A stretch of 64,000 bases of DNA from Malacoraja senta (taxonomy: Eukaryota). The stretch is taken from NCBI GenBank assembly GCA_038087875.1, contig JAXLNO010003993.1, forward strand, positions 1 through 64,000. Direction: 5' to 3'. The position numbers were made by a program, and so were the translations under genes. The notes under the pieces were generated by a model that was not told the DNA's origin, ran no database searches, and worked only from the letters and a program-made list of their open reading frames with translations. Shown here piece after piece: positions 11,791 to 24,717 of the stretch. How positions within the stretch are numbered: position 1 is the first letter of the stretch; each line of letters opens with the position of its first letter.

Positions 11791-12784
11791 AGAACCAGAG
11801 GACTTAGGTTTAAGGTGAGAAGGAAACGAGTTACTCGGAACCAGAGGAAGTGGAAATATGGAAGAACATTCCAGGGGAAGGAGTTGAGGCAGGTATTAAA
11901 AAACATTTAGAACACAGGTAGATAGGAAAGGTTCAGTGAGATATGGGTCAATTGCAGGAAAATTGTAGTTTAAACATGGCATCTTGGTTGACATGGCCAA
12001 GTTGAGGCAAAGGGCCCATTTCCATGCCGTATGACTCTATGGCTCCGTGGGCTTGAAAAGCCAATTCTTTTCCGTTTCACTGCTAAATGATAGTTAATCA
12101 CCCTCACTAATAGTGACCACAATGGCAGACCCATGACCACGACTGGTTTACAGTGATAATAAGCTAACCATTGCCTCAGTTCAAATATGCATGTCGTTGA
12201 TGTTCAATGACTAAATTGTTGCTGCATTCTTAGTTTTGGCAAGGTTCTGATTTGGGTGCTGGAGCTGTTGGACATCTTGATACCATGAAAGCAGAACCTC
12301 CGTTTCAGGAAATATACTTGCTGACTGGTGTCTCAGACCAGCAGTGCCTGGGAACATTGTATTTTGAAGAGGAAATATTACACAACCAAGGCCAAGTGCT
12401 CGAGAAAGCAGCACGTCTGTTATTTCAATGAAAACTCTGCTCTTCATCCATCTTGTCATTTTGATCACCCAGTTTAGTTTATAATATTGTATAACATTTG
12501 CAATCAATTCTCACAGTTTATGACATTTACAGCTGGTGTGAAGATGCATCAGTCAATACCTTCTGTCTTCCAATTTAGTTTATTTAATAGAAAGATAGAA
12601 ACATAAAAAAATAGGTGCAGGAATAGGCTATTCAGCCCTTTGAGCCAGCACCGCAATTCAATACAATCATGGCTGATCATCCAAAATTAATACTCCGATC
12701 TGGCTGTTTCCCCATATCCCTTGAATCCCTTAGCCCTAAGAGCTAAATCTAACTCTCTCTTGAAAACAGTGATACAGTGTGTAA

Positions 12785-14660
12785 ACAGGCCATTTGTGCC
12801 ACCAAATCCATACTAACCAGCAATCACCCATTCATAATAGATTTCCCATCCACCCCTACACTATCAGGGTGACTTACCGAGGATGATTACCTGCACACCT
12901 GCTCATCTTTGGGATATGGGAGGAAACCGGAGCTCCCTGAGGAAGCCCACATAGTCACAAGAGAATGTGCAAACTCCACGTAGACAGTACCCGAGGTCCA
13001 GATTGAACCTGGGTCTCTGGCGTTGTGAGGCAGCAGTTCTACCAGCTACACTACCATGCTGCATTACGTACAAACTCTAAATCCTACACTGACTTTCCCT
13101 TCCACTTGTTATATTCAACACAATAACTCCTTTACACAGGAGGAAAGTGAACTGCAATTCATCACCAGAATATATCTTACAACAGTGTGATCACAGGCAA
13201 GAAATCAGTGATATAGATGACTGAATTTACACTAAAACCCTGATCATCCAGCTCTCTTGGGATTTGGGAAATGGTAGATTTTAAGGACTGCTGCATGTTA
13301 CTCCAAACGTACTTTAATTCAACTAATTTAAGCACTTGTTGAGCAAGTCAGTGGTTGAGGTGCATCTGTACACTACTATCAGACTTAAGCGGAGGAATAC
13401 CCATTGTAATTTGCCTGAAGAGTCTCGAACCAGATTGTCACCTATCCATGGTCTCCAGGGATGTTGCCTGACCTGCTGAGTTACTATAGCACTGTCCCTC
13501 ACAGTCTTTCCCAATCTTATATATCAAAAATAGTCAGCATCTTTCTACATCATAAAGAGTCATGGAAATATGCAGCATACAAACATGGCCTTTGTCCCAC
13601 TGACCTGCACCAACCATTCATGTACACTAATCCTACATTTGTCCCACATTCTCAACAGCTCTCCCCACATTGTATCATGCACAATCTAGGGGACAACTAA
13701 CCTACCAAACAATGTTTTGGGGATGTGGGAGGAAACCAGAGCACCTGGGGAAACCCACATGGTCACAGGAACAACATGCAAACTCTACAGATACATCAGC
13801 CGATGTCGGTATTTAATTCAGGTCTCTGGCTCTGTGCTGTCCTGTTTCACATTGTAGTCCACCTGTCATGTTGTTGCTCATTCATTCGGCTTTCCACCTT
13901 GAACCATTTCTCCCACTACTCACATTCCCACTTAAATTTGAGTTTTCCAGCAACAGCGGCCTTGGTGGCAGCTACTGTGTGCAGCGGTAGAGTTGCTGCC
14001 TTACAGTGCTTGCAGCACCGGAGACCCGGGTTCGATCCCGACTACTGATGCTGTCTGTACAAAGTTTGTACGTTCTCCCCATGACCGCGTGTGTTTTCTC
14101 CAAGATCTAAGGTTTCCTCCCACACTCCAAAGACGTACAGGTATGTAGGTTAATTGGCTTGGTGTGTGTGTATAGGATAGTGTTAATGTGCGGGGATCAC
14201 TGGTCAGCGCAGACTCGATGGGCCGAAGGGCCTGTTTCGTTACTGTATCTCTAAATTTAACTAAACAAAACTAGTAAACGTTAAACTGCAACCAATCTGC
14301 CTCATAGCTGACTTGGATCATGAGCAGTGGGAGCCCCCAACAGAGCAGCACAGTGTCACAACTCGTAGAGCTGCTGCCTCACAGCGACACAGACCCGGGT
14401 TCAATTTTGACCTTGAGTGCCATCTATGTGGAGTTTGCATGTTCTCCGTGTAACCGCATTGGATCCCTCCAGGAGCTCCGGTTTCCTCACACATCCTAAG
14501 ATGTGTCGGTTTATAGTTTAATTGGCCACTGTAAATTGCCCCTAGTGGGTGGGTGACTGGATGAGAAGGTGCAATGAGATAGAATTCATGAGAACAGGTG
14601 GTTGGTGGTTGGCATGGACACGGTGGGCCAAAAGGACTGCTTGCATGCTGTACTTTTTAA
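12785..14660. mobile_element. Cluster of V-SINE (HE1-like) copies: ~12785-13060 (-), ~13590-13830 (-), ~13975-14270 (+), ~14345-14660 (+)
   Basis: tRNA-like head with B-box GGTTCGATCCC at 14029-14039, V-domain core, (ctaaa)n tails. Confidence 0.8.
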
Positions 14661-14907
14661 TGACTCATTGATATTTCTAGGATTTGGGGCAGTGAATCCA
14701 TAATGTATAACATTTTTTTACACTGAATTCACAATTTTAAAATATCTGATTATCAGAAACATTTAACAACAGCACAAAGGCTAGTTGACAGTGGTGACTG
14801 TCGAGGCATTTCAGGTGTAGCTGCTGCCTTATCCTACTTGAGATCGATCATTTCTTCAAGCCCAATACCTTTACTAGCAACAGTGCATCACAATTTTTCC
14901 ATCTTAC

Positions 14908-15015
14908 CTCTCCTCTTTTTTCTCCACCAAACAATTACTGCCAAGACAATAGCCAGAAATATCAGCACACACACGGCAATAAGGCCTATGTGCCTGTCTT
15001 TCTTCCTATTTCCTT
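14908..15015 (-). CDS. MHC class I-like heavy chain, connecting peptide/transmembrane exon
   Basis: Acceptor ttatttttcag|, donor |gtaag, 108 nt, phase 1/1: (E)GNRKKDRHIGLIAVCVLIFLAIVLAVIVWWRKKRR; no class II glycine motif. Confidence 0.85.
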
Positions 15016-16759
15016 CTGAAAAATAAGAATGCATAATTTTACAAATCAATTGTTAAGCTGTGCAGCTAAATAGATGGGCACTGTCTGAAGACTTCAGGGT
15101 GAAGAAGGGTCTCGACCCGAAATGCCACCTATTCCTTTTCTCCAGAGATGTTACCTGACCGCTGAGTTACTCCAGCATTTTGTGTCTATATTTGGCGCTT
15201 TTCAAGGTATATAAGATGATATGGTGTTTTGAATCACGGAGTTCTGCAGCATGGCAAAGGGACAATATCTGTTCTGTACAACTCTATGATCTATGGCACC
15301 ATCACAGCCACAACTTAATTCAAGAAAGAAGGTGAATTGAAAGCAGAAAGCTTTAACCCTATATAAACTAACATTTGTTTTGGGGAAAATGCTGGATTCC
15401 TTTCAATAATGGCAGAACATTTAAGTAATAACAAAACAATAAAGTGCATTATCAGGGCATTAACAGGAAAATTGTAGAAAGAAAGAGATGCAGATACTGA
15501 TTTACACAAAAGCTTTAGTTTAGTTTATTGTCACATGTATTGAGGTACAGTGAAAAGCTTTTGTTACGTGCTAACCAGTCAGTGGAAAGAATATACATGA
15601 TAGACACAAAATGCTGGAGTAACTCAAGGGAACAGGCAGCATCTCTGGCGAACATGGATTCATCACCTATTCCTTTTCTCCAGAGATGCTGGCTGACCAG
15701 CTGAGTTATTCAAGCAATTTGTGTCCATCTTCGGTGTAAACCAGCATTTGCAGTTTCTTCTTACTCATGGACAGGTGACGTTTCATTTTGGGACCCTTCT
15801 TCAAACTTTGTTTGAGAAATTGATTAGAATTCTTTGAAAATGCAACAGGAACCCGTAGACAATGTATATTCGAGCAGCAGGTGTGAAAAGCCTAAAATTC
15901 ATAAACAAAATGATGGAAAAGCAGAATAGGTAACAAAATTCAAATGAGAAACAAAAGAAATACAATATATTGTAGAGATCCAAACGTCATGAACAAATCA
16001 ATGTTTTTAAAGAAATACAGTTTTGGCCCACTCGCGTTTAGTAAGGACTTGAGCAAAGTTCCTGCCATTGTAATCGGGCACACCAGTTGACTGGCGATTA
16101 ACTCATCACCAACTCCCACCAAAACCCTGTCACTCACGTGATAGTCCCAGCTCCCCTGACGAGGGTTCTAGCAATAAGTGGCCTGACCACCAGATGTCGC
16201 CAGAATATCTGGATTTTCATAAGATATCTGATCAAGTGATGCAAAGGCACATGGCTTATGACATTGGGGGTAATAATTAGCATGAATGGAAAAACAATTA
16301 AGAGCAAGCAGAGAGTTGTCTTAAAGGAGTGTTCAGGTTGGGAAACTGCAACTGCAGGTTGGGAATCAATGCAAGAAAGTGAACTACTTATCGTTGGTAT
16401 TAAGAGCAGATGAAGGGACTGATGGCGCTGTAGCCTAGATTGCTGATGATACATAGATAGGTTGGAAATTAAGTTCTGGGGTATGTCAACAGTCTTCAGA
16501 GTGAAACATCAGATTCCTTATTTGTGCATTGTTCGAGGGAATCTTCAAAAGTGAACATTTGTGTAGGTTCGTGCAGCATACTTGGAATCAAACTACTACG
16601 ATCGCTGTTTGTCAGGCAGTTATATTTTTTGTTGCTGAATCTGTAACTTGCGTCAGGGAACTTACTTCATTAGGTTTTGTTTTATTAATGCCAGATGTTT
16701 CAAAATACAGAGCAAAGGTTTGTTTTGTATGCTACCCAAATTATAAAACTATACATAAA

Positions 16760-17350
16760 TACAAACTCAAAAACAATAGATAGAGCAAAGAGGAGGATAC
16801 AGAGTACAGAATATAGTTCTCAGCATTGTAACGCATCAGTTCCATAGACAATGTGCAATGAGGTTGAGGTGAATCAGGCATTGAACCTACATTATGGAAG
16901 GACCCTTCCGAAGCCTGTTAACAGATGGAAAGGGGGTGTTCCTGAGTCTGGCAGTGTATACTTTCAACTTTCTGTACCTATTGCCTGATGGGAGCAGGAA
17001 GGAGGAATGACCGGGGTGGGATAAGTCTCATTTTCGAAGGCAACCTGGTGTAGACTGAATCAATAGTGGGAAGTCTGGTCTGTGTGATGATCTTTAACTC
17101 TTTGTATATTCTTGCAGTCTTGGGCAGTGCAGTTCCCAAATCAAGATGTGATGCAACCCAACAACATGCTTTCTCTAGCAGCATCTATAGATGTTTGCTA
17201 GAGTCACCAGAGACATGATGAATATTCTCAGTCTCCTGAGGAAGTAGAGGTGTCGGTGTGCCTCCTTGGCTATGTGGCCAGTCCATGACCGAATATTGGA
17301 TAAATTCATGCCAAGGAACATGAAGCTCTCAATCATTTCCACTTCGGACC
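16760..17350 (-). mobile_element. Rex1/Babar-type LINE 3' remnant; boundaries approximate
   Basis: Remnant of ESFKFLG...LSWT.H....AHQRLYFLRRL...GCIT.WFGNC pattern, clearer in the mirror at ~29620-30230. Confidence 0.7.
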
Positions 17351-17699
17351 ATTGATTTGGATTGGGGCATGTACTCCCCCAGTGCCTTGCTGTTAATCAC
17401 ATCATGAGGAAAGATTCATTTTTTATTTAAACATACCTTTCATAGATTTCAGTTCCACCACTGAGAATCTCAAATACTCCTTCCTTATATATTAGTTATT
17501 TATTTACTTTTAATAAATGTTCTGTTGACAAAGTCTTCTGCTCATGTGGAGAGTGGGTGCTGATTACGTGATTACTTAGAGCAACACCACTAAACAAAGA
17601 AAGTTTAAGCATCTTGGAATATGGGATGTATTCATGATGATTAAAATGGAAACAACAGAAGATAATGATTATCTATGAAAGAATATTTAACGTTCTTAC

Positions 17700-17966
17700 C
17701 CCAGATGATGGTCTTCCCACCGGGCAGGCTGCTGTGATCGACATGACAGGAATACTGTTTCCCATCATACGGATCATACTCAAGGACAGACCTTAGATGA
17801 TATGTTCCATCGTTGTTGGGTGTGACCCCAGAAGATTTTGTCTCAGAGACATGTTGACCATTCTGCAACCAGCTGACATTGATGGCCGGTGGGTAAAATC
17901 CAAACACAGTGCAGTACAGGACTGAATGATCATCAGGGCGGGCAGCGAGAGTGACCTCAGGGGAAA
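17700..17966 (-). CDS. MHC class I-like alpha3 (C1-set Ig) exon, open
   Basis: Acceptor ctgtcttgtag|, donor |gtaag, 267 nt, phase 1/1: (V)SPEVTLAARPDDHSVLYCTVFGFYPPAINVSWLQNGQHVSETKSSGVTPNNDGTYHLRSVLEYDPYDGKQYSCHVDHSSLPGGKTIIW. Confidence 0.93.
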
Positions 17967-18149
17967 CTACAAGACAGTAAGATGGTTATTTTCATCTTCA
18001 GTAAAACTTGCACAGTCACCCACCACAAAATATTCTTCAGTCCACTACAACAACCAAGTTACTGTCCACATCTGCTCCATTTTGCCTCTTTCGTCACCAT
18101 CAACCAACCACGTGGTTTAAAAGGGATCGCACGCTCCCTGTTAAGACAG

Positions 18150-18490
18150 TACACAAGAAAGTTTGAAAGTACGTACCATTAAATTCAGGAACAGCTTCTT
18201 CCCCACTGTTATTGGACTACTGAATGGTTCTCATGTAAGATAAGATGTTGCCCTGATCTTCCAACCAATCTCATTGTGATCCTTGCAACTCTTTTTGATC
18301 TGCACTTTCTCTGTAACTGTAATGCTATGATATTGTAACCCGATATTCTGCACTCTGAGAATTTTTCTCTTTGCACTGTTCTACTTGTGGATGGCTTGAT
18401 TGCACATGTGTAGTATGATCTGATTGGATAACACACAGACAAACTTTTGACTATATCACAGTTCATGTGACAATAATAAACTAATACCAA
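18150..18490 (+). mobile_element. Rex1/Babar-type LINE extreme 3' end
   Basis: ttcaggaacagcttcttccccactgttatt...ctgaatgg (FRNSFFP.VI..LN), ending catgtgacaataataaac. Confidence 0.65.
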
Positions 18491-19269
18491 CGGCAAATCT
18501 TTTCACTAGGGCATATTATTGACAATAATAAATAATTGACAAGTTACGAAATGAGGGTCAATTGGGGAGGGGACAAGCTTAAAATTGGCAGTATTTTCAC
18601 TCCTCTTCAATAAGAGATAAAAGAGACCAGTCATTTGTTTACAAAATCTCTTTTTGCAGAGTGTGGTCATTCTCTGGCGCCAGAGATTTGTGAAGACAAA
18701 ATCATTGGAAGCATTTAATGTGGCGGTAGTTAACTTAATTAAACTTAAATTGGAGAACTGAGTGCAATGAGGAACTGACATCGAACAGGAGTTGATGCCT
18801 GAGGAACGTCAGCCATGGTCATATTGAATGGTGGGCAGGTTAGAGGACCAAATGGCTTACTCGGAAACTTGATAACCGAGGAGAAAATCAGGCTTCTGAA
18901 TGATCGTTCCATAAGCTACGGTACTGTCCAATTGACCACTACCCCATTACAGACAGTGGACTTTGTTTATAGAACTATGTAGGGAGGAACTGTAGATGCT
19001 GGTTTAAACCGCAGATAGACACAAAATGCTAGAGTAACTCAACGGGTCAGGCAGCATCTCTGGAGAGAAGGAATGTGTCACGTTTCGTGTCGAAACACTT
19101 ATCTAATGGAACTGCTGTGCTACATTGCTGAGAACTACATGCCACACTCTGTACCTTCCCCTTTGCTCTACCTACAGTTCTTGAGTTTGATGATCATATA
19201 TATGTATTTTGTTACCTCATCCAATTGGATAGCATGCAAAACAAAGCTTTACACACTACCTCAGTACAT

Positions 19270-19563
19270 GGGCAGCACAGTGGCGCAGAGGGAAAGTTGC
19301 TGCCTTACAGTACCACAGACCAAAGTTCAATCCTGACAATGGGTGCTGTCTATATAGAGTTCATACATTCTCCCTGTGACCATGTGAGTTATCTCCGGGT
19401 GCTACAGTTCCGTCACATTCAAAGACGTGCAGGTTTGTAAGTTTTTGGGCTTCTGTAAATTGTCCCTAGTGTGTAGGATAGAACTAATGTTTGGGTGGTC
19501 GTTAGTCAGCACAGGTTCAGTGGGCCAAAAGGCCTATTTTCATGCTGTACCTCGAAACTAAAC
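19270..19563 (+). mobile_element. V-SINE (HE1-like)
   Basis: gggcagcacagtggcgcag head, V-domain core, ctaaac tail. Confidence 0.8.
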
Positions 19564-19650
19564 GTGACAATAATAAACCGAAACTTATCCCTGTGCCTAT
19601 CTGTAGATTAGTGTCACTCATACTGTGGCTCCGCCCACAGGCTTATTAGA

Positions 19651-19651
<1 letters not shown>

Positions 19652-19693
<42 letters not shown>
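19652..19693. repeat. (CT)n microsatellite, much longer than its mirror at ~27565
   Basis: Seen directly. Confidence 0.95.
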
Positions 19694-19696
<3 letters not shown>

Positions 19697-20627
19697 AGAC
19701 TGGTAGTAAGCAAGCTGAGAAGAAAGCACCTTGTGTTTCCTCTGCAGAGTTACTAATAAAAGACTATGGATTCTAACCACTATGTGTGAGTTTGATCATT
19801 CTTCCAACACTATCTCTTGTGTTGTTACGTCTCTGGAACTAAGTGGTAGCTGCGCTTAACTTTGTTGTAGCATAACTGTTTATGCAGAACAATTCATGAA
19901 AAAAAGTCTAAAAAGGATTAAAAAACAAGTGATTCCAGCATGTTGAAAGATAATTGGGACTGATACGTAATGGGTGGCACTGCGACACAGTTCCAGTGAC
20001 GAGGGTTTGATCACAATCTTGAAACAGAAAAACTTAAACTGAGGCACGTGCCTCTACTTCATCAATCCAGTGCTGTTATGGCACTGGGCTTTAACATGAG
20101 AAAATGTGAAATTGGGTATTTCCTTAGGGCAAAATCAGACTTCTCAGAGACTTGGAAGCTGCAAGATAGTCCTGGAATGTGGTGGATCACTGCGTGCTGT
20201 TCCAGAAGAGGACGAATTGTACTTATGTACAGTATGACTTGACTGGGGAGAATGCAGAACAACCATTTCACTGCAGATAGACACAAAAAGATGGAGTAAC
20301 TCAGCGGGACAGGCAGCATCTCTGGAGAGAAGGGACGGGGTGTCCAGCATCTGCTGTTCCATCCAAACCATTTCACTGGATCTCTGCATGCATGAAACTA
20401 AACAGAGTTATATAAAATGCAGCACATACTGCAGTACTCATGTAGGTCAGGCTGTCCTGATTTTGCAGCTGGATAACTTAACTGTAATTAAAAAACACAA
20501 AAACGTGCAGGTGTAACTCAGTGGCTCAGGCAGCATCTGGAAGACATGGTTACGTAATGTTTCAGCTTGGTGTCCTTCTTCATACTTCTTGCATCTGTTC
20601 TTTCTGACTTCAACTTAACAGTTGAAA

Positions 20628-21114
20628 AGGACTGTCGTGAGCCCCACCACGGGGTGTGGACTTACAATCGGAGCAGATCCCTTGCCTGCGGACTTACCAT
20701 CAAGGGCTCCCAGTCTCGGGAGAGGCTAGTCGGGAGCTCCAATGCCACAGAAGGTTCGTCCAGCCCCGACGCGAGGTTCGATCGCCCGGCGCAGGGGAGC
20801 TGACAATCCCCCGATGCGGGAGCTGATCACCTCGACGCGGAGGGCCCGAACGCCGCCGGCTACGGGACTCAAGACCGTCCATTCAACGGGGGGCTCGAGG
20901 CCCCCGACCAAGGAAGAACAACAAGGGAAGGACTTGGAACTTTATTTTCGCCTTCCATCACAGTGAGGAATGTGTAGGAGTCACTATGATGGATGTTTAT
21001 GTCAAAATGTGTTTTTGAGTCTGTTGCTTTTTAAAATTGTATGACTGACCTGGCCAGTGAATTTTACTACACCAATTGGTGTATGTGACAATAAATGAAC
21101 ATGAACTTATGAAA
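20628..21114 (+). mobile_element. 487-bp GC-rich non-autonomous retroelement-like insertion present only in the left arm
   Basis: TGAAA at 20623-20627 and 21110-21114; the right arm has the empty site (26640-26652); 3' end GACAATAAA plus (TGAAC/A)n tail. Confidence 0.85.
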
Positions 21115-21814
21115 TGACCAGTTCTTTTATTGACAGGGAATACAACTCGTTGAATGTGGAATGGAGTGTGAAAGGCTGCAACATGTCCTGACAGAAGCTG
21201 AGTTGTTGGTCCTCAAGGTTACTGTCACCCTTGTTATCCTAGTGTAAGAGGTACAGATGGATGGATCATGGTGGGTGTTGAATGGAGAATTAAAGTGGCA
21301 GGAATTAGGAATCTTAGAAAGTCCCATGGATTGAATGCAGGTTCTCCAGAAAGCAGCCATTCAATTTGTTTCATTGATGCGATGTGGAAGATTACGTCAT
21401 GAAAACCATATGCAGTAGATTTGACTGGAAGTGCAAGTGTTTCACGCTGTTTCACTTTGAAGAACTACCTGGGTCTATGGACAGTGGGAAGGGAAGAGGT
21501 AAATGGATAGATGTTGCATGCACCAAGACAGGAAAGTAGAGGAAAGTTGTGGGGATAGTAGACAGACCAGGGAGTGAAAAAGGGAATGACTATTTCAAAA
21601 TATAGAATGGGGATCAGGGCAGGAGGGGAGGGAGAAATGGATTGACTAATTGAATCAGATTTAAACTGGGAGTAAGTATTCAACATGGAGGCTGGAGGAG
21701 TGGAAAACTCTGCCATGTCCAATGAGAATATATAGAACATAGAACAGTACAAGAACAGGACTTTCAGCCTGCAATGTCCATGTCGAACAGGATACCAAGT
21801 TAAACTAAGGCAAA

Positions 21815-22103
21815 ACAGTGGCGCAGTGATAGAGTGGCTGTCTTACAGCATTAGAGACCCGGGTTCGATCCTGACTAGAGTGCTGTCTGGACGGAGTTTG
21901 TACGTTCTCTCTGTCACCTTGTGGGTTTTCTCTGGGGGCTCCGGTTTCCTCCCAAATACAAAAGACGTGCAGGTTTGTAGGTTAATTGGCTTCTGTAAAT
22001 TGTCCCTAGCTTGTAGGACAAAAATAGTGAATGGGCAATTGCTGGTCAGTGCAGACTCAGTGGCCCAAAGATCCTGTTTCCATACTCTATCTCTAAACTA
22101 AAC
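21815..22103 (+). mobile_element. V-SINE (HE1-like)
   Basis: cagtggcgcag...gacccgggttcgatcc head, V-domain core, ctaaactaaac tail. Confidence 0.82.
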
Positions 22104-22389
22104 CAAAACTCATCTCCACTGCCTGCATGTGTTCCATATCCTTGTATTCCCTGCATACCCACGAGCCTGTCCAAAACTTTCTTAAGCACCATTATCATGT
22201 CTTCCTCTACCACCACTCCTGGTAGCGCATTCTAGGTATCAAGCTCTCTCTGTGCAAAAAAACACTTGACCTGCACATCTCGTGTAAATTTTGCCCTTCG
22301 AAGCTTAACGCTGTGCTCTATAGAGACGTGTGATAGACATGCAATCCCATTAGGGGCTGTCAACTGTGGTCAAGAAAATCCATGGTTAA

Positions 22390-22680
22390 CTAATATGAAA
22401 GACATCAATTACACTTTCTCCCTGTCAAACAGGGATGTAATGCTGAGGTTCTATAAGGCGCCGGTCAAGCCACATTTGGAGCATTGTGAGCAATTTTGGG
22501 CACCATATCTGAGGAAGGATGTGCTGGCTCTGGAGAGGGTCCAGAGGAGGTGTACAAGAATGATCCCAGGATTGAATGGGTTAACATATGATGACCATTT
22601 GATGGCAGTGGGCCTGTACTTGCTGGGGTTTAGAAGAATAAGGGGGGACCTCATTGAATCATACAAAATAGTGAAAGACT
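22390..22680 (+). mobile_element. CR1/HER1 LINE RT C-terminal fragment
   Basis: VMLRFYKAPVKPHLEHCEQFWAPYLRKDVLALERVQRRCTRMIPGL...RGDLIESYKI. Confidence 0.88.
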
Positions 22681-22709
22681 GTTTGCCTTTTGAAATTGGT
22701 TCGATTATG

Positions 22710-24060
22710 TTTGCTCCCACAAAATTGCATTAAAACACCTATAGTGAAAATCCTATAATATATAGTGGTATACGAATTTGGAAACAATTAAAAAAGACTT
22801 TAAAATTGGATAATTGTCACTGTCTCCCCATTATAAACAACCCTTTATTCAAACCTTCCATGTTGGATAAAGGCTTTACACAATGGAAAAATTATGGAAT
22901 TAAAAAGATGGGACATCTTTATAGGAAAGGCACTTTTCTGTAATTTCAGGGGTTACAACAGATTTACGGACCACACTCAAATAACTTTTTTAGATATTTA
23001 CAGCTTAGAGATTACATTAAATCAAATACACAAGATTACAGAACTAGGGAACCAGAAATCCTTGATGAATGTTTGAATAAACATCCTAATACAGAAAAAT
23101 TAATATCTCATATTTATAATACCCTCTTAGATAGTGAGGTCCCGCCGACGGATTTATATAGACACACATGGGAAAATGAATTAGGCCAACCCATAACGAA
23201 AGATATTTGGGACGAAAGTCTACAATATATACATCAATGCTCATTAAATGCCAGACATGCCTTAATACAATTTAAAGTATTACATAGATGACATTATTCT
23301 AAAACAAAATTAAATAGAATCTTCCCACATATCTCTCCTATTTGTGATAAATGCCAGCATTTAGAGGCTAACTTAACTCATACCTTTGTAAATTGTATAA
23401 AAATCAAAAATTTCTGGACGGACATTTTCAGAATAATTTCTGAATTAGTCAATACCCAATTGGATCCCGACATAATAATATTAGGAATATCAGAACAAAG
23501 CCTAAGACTTACAATAAACCAAAGAAACTTTCTTGATTATAGTATAATAATTGGGAAAAAATTAATATTAAAATTTTGGAAAGGTCCTATAACCCCCACA
23601 ATTAAAATGTGGATTATGGAAATATCGGAGACCTTACATTTGGAAAGAACTAGACTTGTCTTAATTGAAAAACATGAATTATTTAATAGAATATGGTCTC
23701 CATTTATTGATTTTTTGAAAGGGTAAATTGGTTCAGCATAGGAATCTGACTGAAATCCAAGCTCAGGATTAGATGAATAGTTATGCTTTATAACCTACGG
23801 ACCTATCTCCAAAGTTGTATTATTGGTAAATTATTCCATTCTTCTTTTTCATGCCTTTTTTTTTAATTTCTCACTTTCTATCTATAAAAAAAAACCTAAA
23901 TAGAAGCAGATTTAATATACAATTGATAAAGGAGGACCACTATTATTTTGATACCTGGACTCCCACCTATTAGCAAAGTAGGATTGATATATAAGAAATG
24001 TTTGTATTATGATATGCACATGCTTCTAATAACAATATATTTTTTTAAAATAAAAAATAG
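22710..24060 (+). mobile_element. 5'-truncated L1 (ORF2 C-terminus, 3' UTR, A-rich tail)
   Basis: SLNARHALIQFKVLHR...CDKC...GKKLILKFWK...LHLE...NRIWSPFIDFLKG*. Confidence 0.85.
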
Positions 24061-24717
24061 TGAAAGGCTTGGATAGATGTGGATGTGGAGAGGATGTCTC
24101 CAATGGTGGGAGAGTCTACGACGAGAGGTCATAGTCTCAATATTAAAGGACAATCCTTTAGGAAAGAGATGAGGAATTTATTTTGTCAGAGGGTGGTGAT
24201 TCTGTGGAATTATTTGCCACAGAAGGCTGTGGAGTCCGTCAATGGATATTTTGAATTCTTGATTAGTATGCACGTCAGGGGTTATGGGGAGAAGGCAGGA
24301 GAATGGGGTTAGGAGGGAGAGATAGATCAGCCATGATTGACTGGCGAAGTCGACTTGATGGGCCGAATGTTCTAATGCTGCAGCCATCACTTATGACCTT
24401 ATGACTCAGTTGGCTTCCTCCATGTGCTCCAGTTTTGTCCCGTATACCAAAGACGTGCCGGTGAGTTAGTTGGACATTGCAAATTATCCGTCGTGGAGCT
24501 GAATGCAAGGAGAATCCGAGGGAGCTGAGTGCAAGTTGTGAGAGAGAGCTGTGGAACAGTTTGTCGACATTGCATAGAAAACTAGCATAGAATCAATGGG
24601 CCGAATGACCTTTCCCTCTGTCATGATTGGGTCAGAGATAATATGACTCATTGCCTCAGAGTGAAATATTACTCATTGCCTACCATCACAAAACAACATC
24701 CTTTGTTCTGAACTCAC

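Larger units (their letters stand above)
1..21560. repeat. Left arm of giant inverted duplication (may continue beyond the window's left edge)
   Basis: Base 1 (tgaaactctgtcattatcc) pairs with 46951 in reverse complement. Mirrored ORFs occur throughout (6151-7221/39736-40806, 16134-16454/30510-30830, 20062-20376/26899-27213). Homology ends at ggggatagta (21560) / tactatcccc (26212). Confidence 0.97.

Noticed and set aside
12211-13140. Candidate cytoplasmic or terminal exons of the MHC-like gene (mirrors near 33829 and 34543)
   Set aside because: Only weak acceptor-like sites and no distinctive protein signal; cannot choose without transcripts.
13975-14050. tRNA gene
   Set aside because: The A/B-box-like head continues into a V-SINE core and tail; a tRNA-derived SINE, not a cloverleaf gene.
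17700-17966. MHC class II or W-category chain, or Ig constant exon
   Set aside because: DGT rather than class II beta DWT; the preceding exon has class I alpha2 length and W147/K146/Y171/G175; the TM lacks the class II/W glycine dimerisation motif.
21127-21455. Missing MHC alpha1 exon at the inner arm ends (also 26305-26633)
   Set aside because: Translations resemble decayed Penelope endonuclease sequence (CHFNSP motif), not alpha1.
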